In this document: positions 61,266 through 64,000 of the stretch, piece by piece | Position numbering within the stretch: the first letter of the stretch is position 1 | How the letters are laid out: each line of letters opens with the position of its first letter | Source of the DNA: Euglena gracilis | Taxonomy: Eukaryota | Reading direction: 5' to 3' | Assembly (NCBI GenBank): GCA_039621445.1 | Contig: CP154954.1 | Span: 24,626,954 to 24,690,953 of the forward strand | DNA length: 64,000 nucleotides | Translations under genes and position numbers: made by a program | The notes under the pieces: model-generated | The model's input: the letters and a program-made list of their open reading frames with translations, nothing else | Told to the model about the DNA's origin: nothing | Databases searched by the model: none

Positions 61266-62229
61266 GTTAGGGTTAGACCCGACCCCCCACCACCACACCC
61301 AGCATCCCGCCGCCAACGCCCAACTGCTGCGTCGCAGCCAACTTCCGGGGGGGGGGGGGGTCCCCGGGGCCACGCGGGCAGCGCGGTGCAGCAAGCGGTC
61401 CACCACCACATCACCGCCCGGTCCGCATTGGCCCTCGCGGAGGAGGAGGAGGGGGAGGAGGAGGGGCGCCCACCGCCGGGGGGAGAGCAGGCGGGCGAGC
61501 CGCCCCCCGGGCAGACGGCGTCCCTCCCTCCCTCCCCTCCCAACGCCCATCGTTGCCGTCAGGTCCGATGGTGGCCCACGGCCGTAGCTGTCAACACCAC
61601 AACGCTGCTGCGGGGGACGGGGCCGAGTACATGAAGCATACATCTCTCTAAGGTTTTGCGAACCCCCCGGGGGGGGGGGGGGCGGCTGCAGCCAGCCCCG
61701 ATTTGGGCCCAGCCCAGCCGCAGCAGCCCCCGGGGGGTGCTGCTAGCCCTAGCTAGCCAGCCCCAGGGGGGTGGAAAATATGCACCGTGCAGTTTTTGCA
61801 GTTTTTTGCAGTTTTCACGTTTTGGGCTTTTTGCAGTTTTTTGCAGTTTTTTGCAGATTTTTTTCTGAAAAAACTGCACACGTTCAGTTTTTTGCAGTTT
61901 TTTTATTTGATCCAGTTTTTGAGGAAACCTAAGATGTTTATTTTTTGGTGCTTGTTGTTTTGGTGACAAGTCCACAATTACTCCCCAACCAAAATTGCTT
62001 CCTCTGCAACCTTTGCATTGTAGGAGGTTTGAACAATGTTGAAGGGTGTGAGGGCCTCTTGATGTTCTTTGCTTTAATTGTATATAGATTTTTTGTTTGG
62101 GCCGAATGCCCCCCAACCATGGTTTTTTCCTGCGCAAGATTTTCCCAGCAGGACAAATCCTGGCTCGAATGCCTAACTGCCACCGCTTGCCTGACCGCCT
62201 CCGACCATGGTTTTTTCCTGTGCTGCATC

Positions 62230-62720
62230 TGGTAACCAGATACAGCACATGGACGTTGCTGGTGGACGGCTCCAACAAAGCTTCAGCCAATCGTTTTTTT
62301 TTTGTCGGAATCTTATTTGTCCAAAATTCTGAATTATCAAAAGAACGTGTGATTGCAAGTCGTCACGGACGGTGCCAGCGTCATGACCGGGCTACAGGCA
62401 ATGTTGCGGAAGTTGTTCATCCGCGACCTGTTGTTGTTGACCGGGGTGGACGACTGCCACCAACTCCAGCGTGCCGTTGTTCACGCAACGCGACACGAGT
62501 GCGTTATGGATCAACGCAGTGTTGCGGGCCTGGCCAGCCAGCAACACTGCGTTGCGCCACTGCCATCCATATGGTTCGCGGCGTTGTGAAGATGTTCCGT
62601 AAATCGGACCTTCTAAGCATGCGGCTTGCATCGTTGTCCGATGACGCAACACGCTCCCTAAAAACCATCATCACTTCCCAGGTTCTGCATCCACTCGCTG
62701 GTGCGAATATCTGCATTCTG
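62230..62720 (+). pseudogene. hAT transposase remnant (frameshifted)
   Basis: TLLVDGSN in one frame, then QVVTDGASVMTG...DDCHQLQRAV in another. These match the hAT first-Asp, TDGAxxMxG and CxxH-like motifs. Confidence 0.7.
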
Positions 62721-62895
62721 CCTTCTTGGCTGTTTATACTAATTACGGTCCTTTGACAAAAAAACACCTGGGCAGGCACTCATAGGCACTCCGGACCCCC
62801 CCCCCGGGGTTGGTAAAAAAATAGCCTGATCTGGTTCACCTGCACTTTTGTGGTGAAACGAAGAAAAGGGGAGAAAGAAAAAGAACGTTGCAAAA

Positions 62896-63087
62896 ACTAA
62901 CCCTAACCCGAAATTTTTGTTCTTCAAGGAATGGGGTTCGGGTTAGGGTTAGGGTTCGGGTTGGGGTTAGGGTCACAGTTGACAATTATTTTTCTTAAAA
63001 AAAACAAAAAGAGCAAAAAACATGTTTTTTTTGTTTCCAAAAAAATCAAGCCGTCAACCTTGGTTAGGGTTAGGGTTAGGGTTAGGT
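62896..63087. repeat. Short interstitial telomere-like (TTAGGG)n tracts
   Basis: CTAACCCTAACCC at ~62897, degenerate (GGGTTA)n at 62933-62973, (TTAGGG)3 at ~63064-63087. Confidence 0.8.
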
Positions 63088-64000
63088 TCGACACTGCCGT
63101 TTGGGGGTCGTGGTTTTGGGGGTGGAGGTCGTACAGCGAACAAGTACCCAAAAAAAGGTGCGTTGGGCAGAACAAGAAGATAGTGATGAGTTGTAGAAAT
63201 GCATTTTGAAAACAACCCTTTTTGGCATTTTTTTTAAAAAAATAAGCATATTTTTGTTGCTTTTTTTTAAAAAAAAAAAATGTTTTTTAAAAAATGCCAG
63301 CATGGTGCCCATAATGGTGTTCATCGATTTCAAAGCTGTGCAAAGAAAAGTTAGGTGAATTGGGGCGTGCTCATTGGTGGCAGTTTACATTATTTTGCAT
63401 ATGCACACCAGCTTGTTTACTGTCATTTTTTAGTTGAAGTGCAGTTTTTTGCAGTTTTTTGCAGTTTTTTGCAGTTTTTTGCAGTTTTTTGCAGTGCAGT
63501 TTTTGACCGCCCCGTGTGCAGTTTCTCCACCCCCCTGCCAGCCTCTTTTTGGGGGTCCAGCCCAAAATTTTTCGGCGCTTTGCGCAGAAATTTTTCGAAA
63601 AACTGTGCTCAAAAGTGGCCAAAAATGGGGTTTGGGGGGCGTTTGGGCCATTTTTGGGGGGTTTCAGATGCATCATTTTTTCAAAACTGTGTTCTGTAGG
63701 ACATTTTTGGGCATTTTTCCGATTTCAGTCCAGCTCGCCCCGGTTCGGGTCCAGCCAGGGTCCAGCCCCCCCCCCCGGGGGGGGGGGGGGGGGGGGGCTA
63801 GCCAGCCCAAATTTCTAGCCCTAGCCCAGCAACCCCCCCCCCGGGGTCCTTAAAGAGATGTATGACATGAAGGCAAAGAAGGTTTGCCAGTGGCTTTTTT
63901 GGTAAGACCTTATTTTTCATCAGTTTGCGGGGTCAGTCACAGGGGTTTCGCAACTCGGCAACGTTTTTTTTTCGGAGGGTCAAAGATGTGAAATTTGCAC

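Larger units (their letters stand above)
61764..63537 (+). mobile_element. Nested, internally deleted hAT transposon
   Basis: Ends CAGGGGGGTGGAAAATATGCAC ... GTGCAGTTTCTCCACCCCCCTG; subterminal GCAGTTTTTT repeats; CCAGCC flanks both sides; contains a transposase remnant. Confidence 0.8.
61637..63864. mobile_element. hAT-type non-autonomous element (TSD ACATGAAG) containing nested insertions
   Basis: TIR CATACATCTCTCTAAGG / CCTTAAAGAGATGTATG (16/17 match); 8-bp TSD at 61629-61636 and 63865-63872. Confidence 0.9.

Noticed and set aside
62896-63087. Chromosome end or telomere
   Set aside because: Only a few degenerate TTAGGG units in both orientations, nested inside a transposon, with ordinary sequence beyond.

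Overview
This is repeat-saturated eukaryotic DNA: GT-AG introns, TTAGGG-type interstitial repeats, very many G/C homopolymer runs, microsatellites and nested non-autonomous TIR elements with 8-bp or TA target-site duplications (TSDs). The organism cannot be determined from the window. The main object is an 11.1-kb DNA transposon at 26266-37354. It has 26-bp TIRs (CTTAGGCGGCC.AATTCGCACTTAAG) and a perfect 5-bp TSD (CCGAA), and an uninterrupted 'empty site' exists in a paralogous repeat at ~47193-47217. It carries two intron-containing minus-strand genes: (i) a frameshifted DDE transposase whose motifs resemble the RAG1/Transib/DUF6589 group, and (ii) an apparently intact ~1000-aa protein with a ParB/Srx-like N-terminus, a possible degenerate beta-class DNA amino-methyltransferase fold and a charged low-complexity tail. 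The element's non-coding DNA, including its introns, holds at least 22 copies of a palindromic motif (TGCGCGCAATTGCGCAA) and two perfect 52-bp palindromes. A 2.8-kb degenerate relative (16924-19764) has related TIRs and about 11 copies of a variant motif. I did not see the motif anywhere else in the window. The remainder is MITEs, a nested hAT remnant, satellites and a few possible host exons. All protein family calls are motif-by-eye inferences, not database hits.
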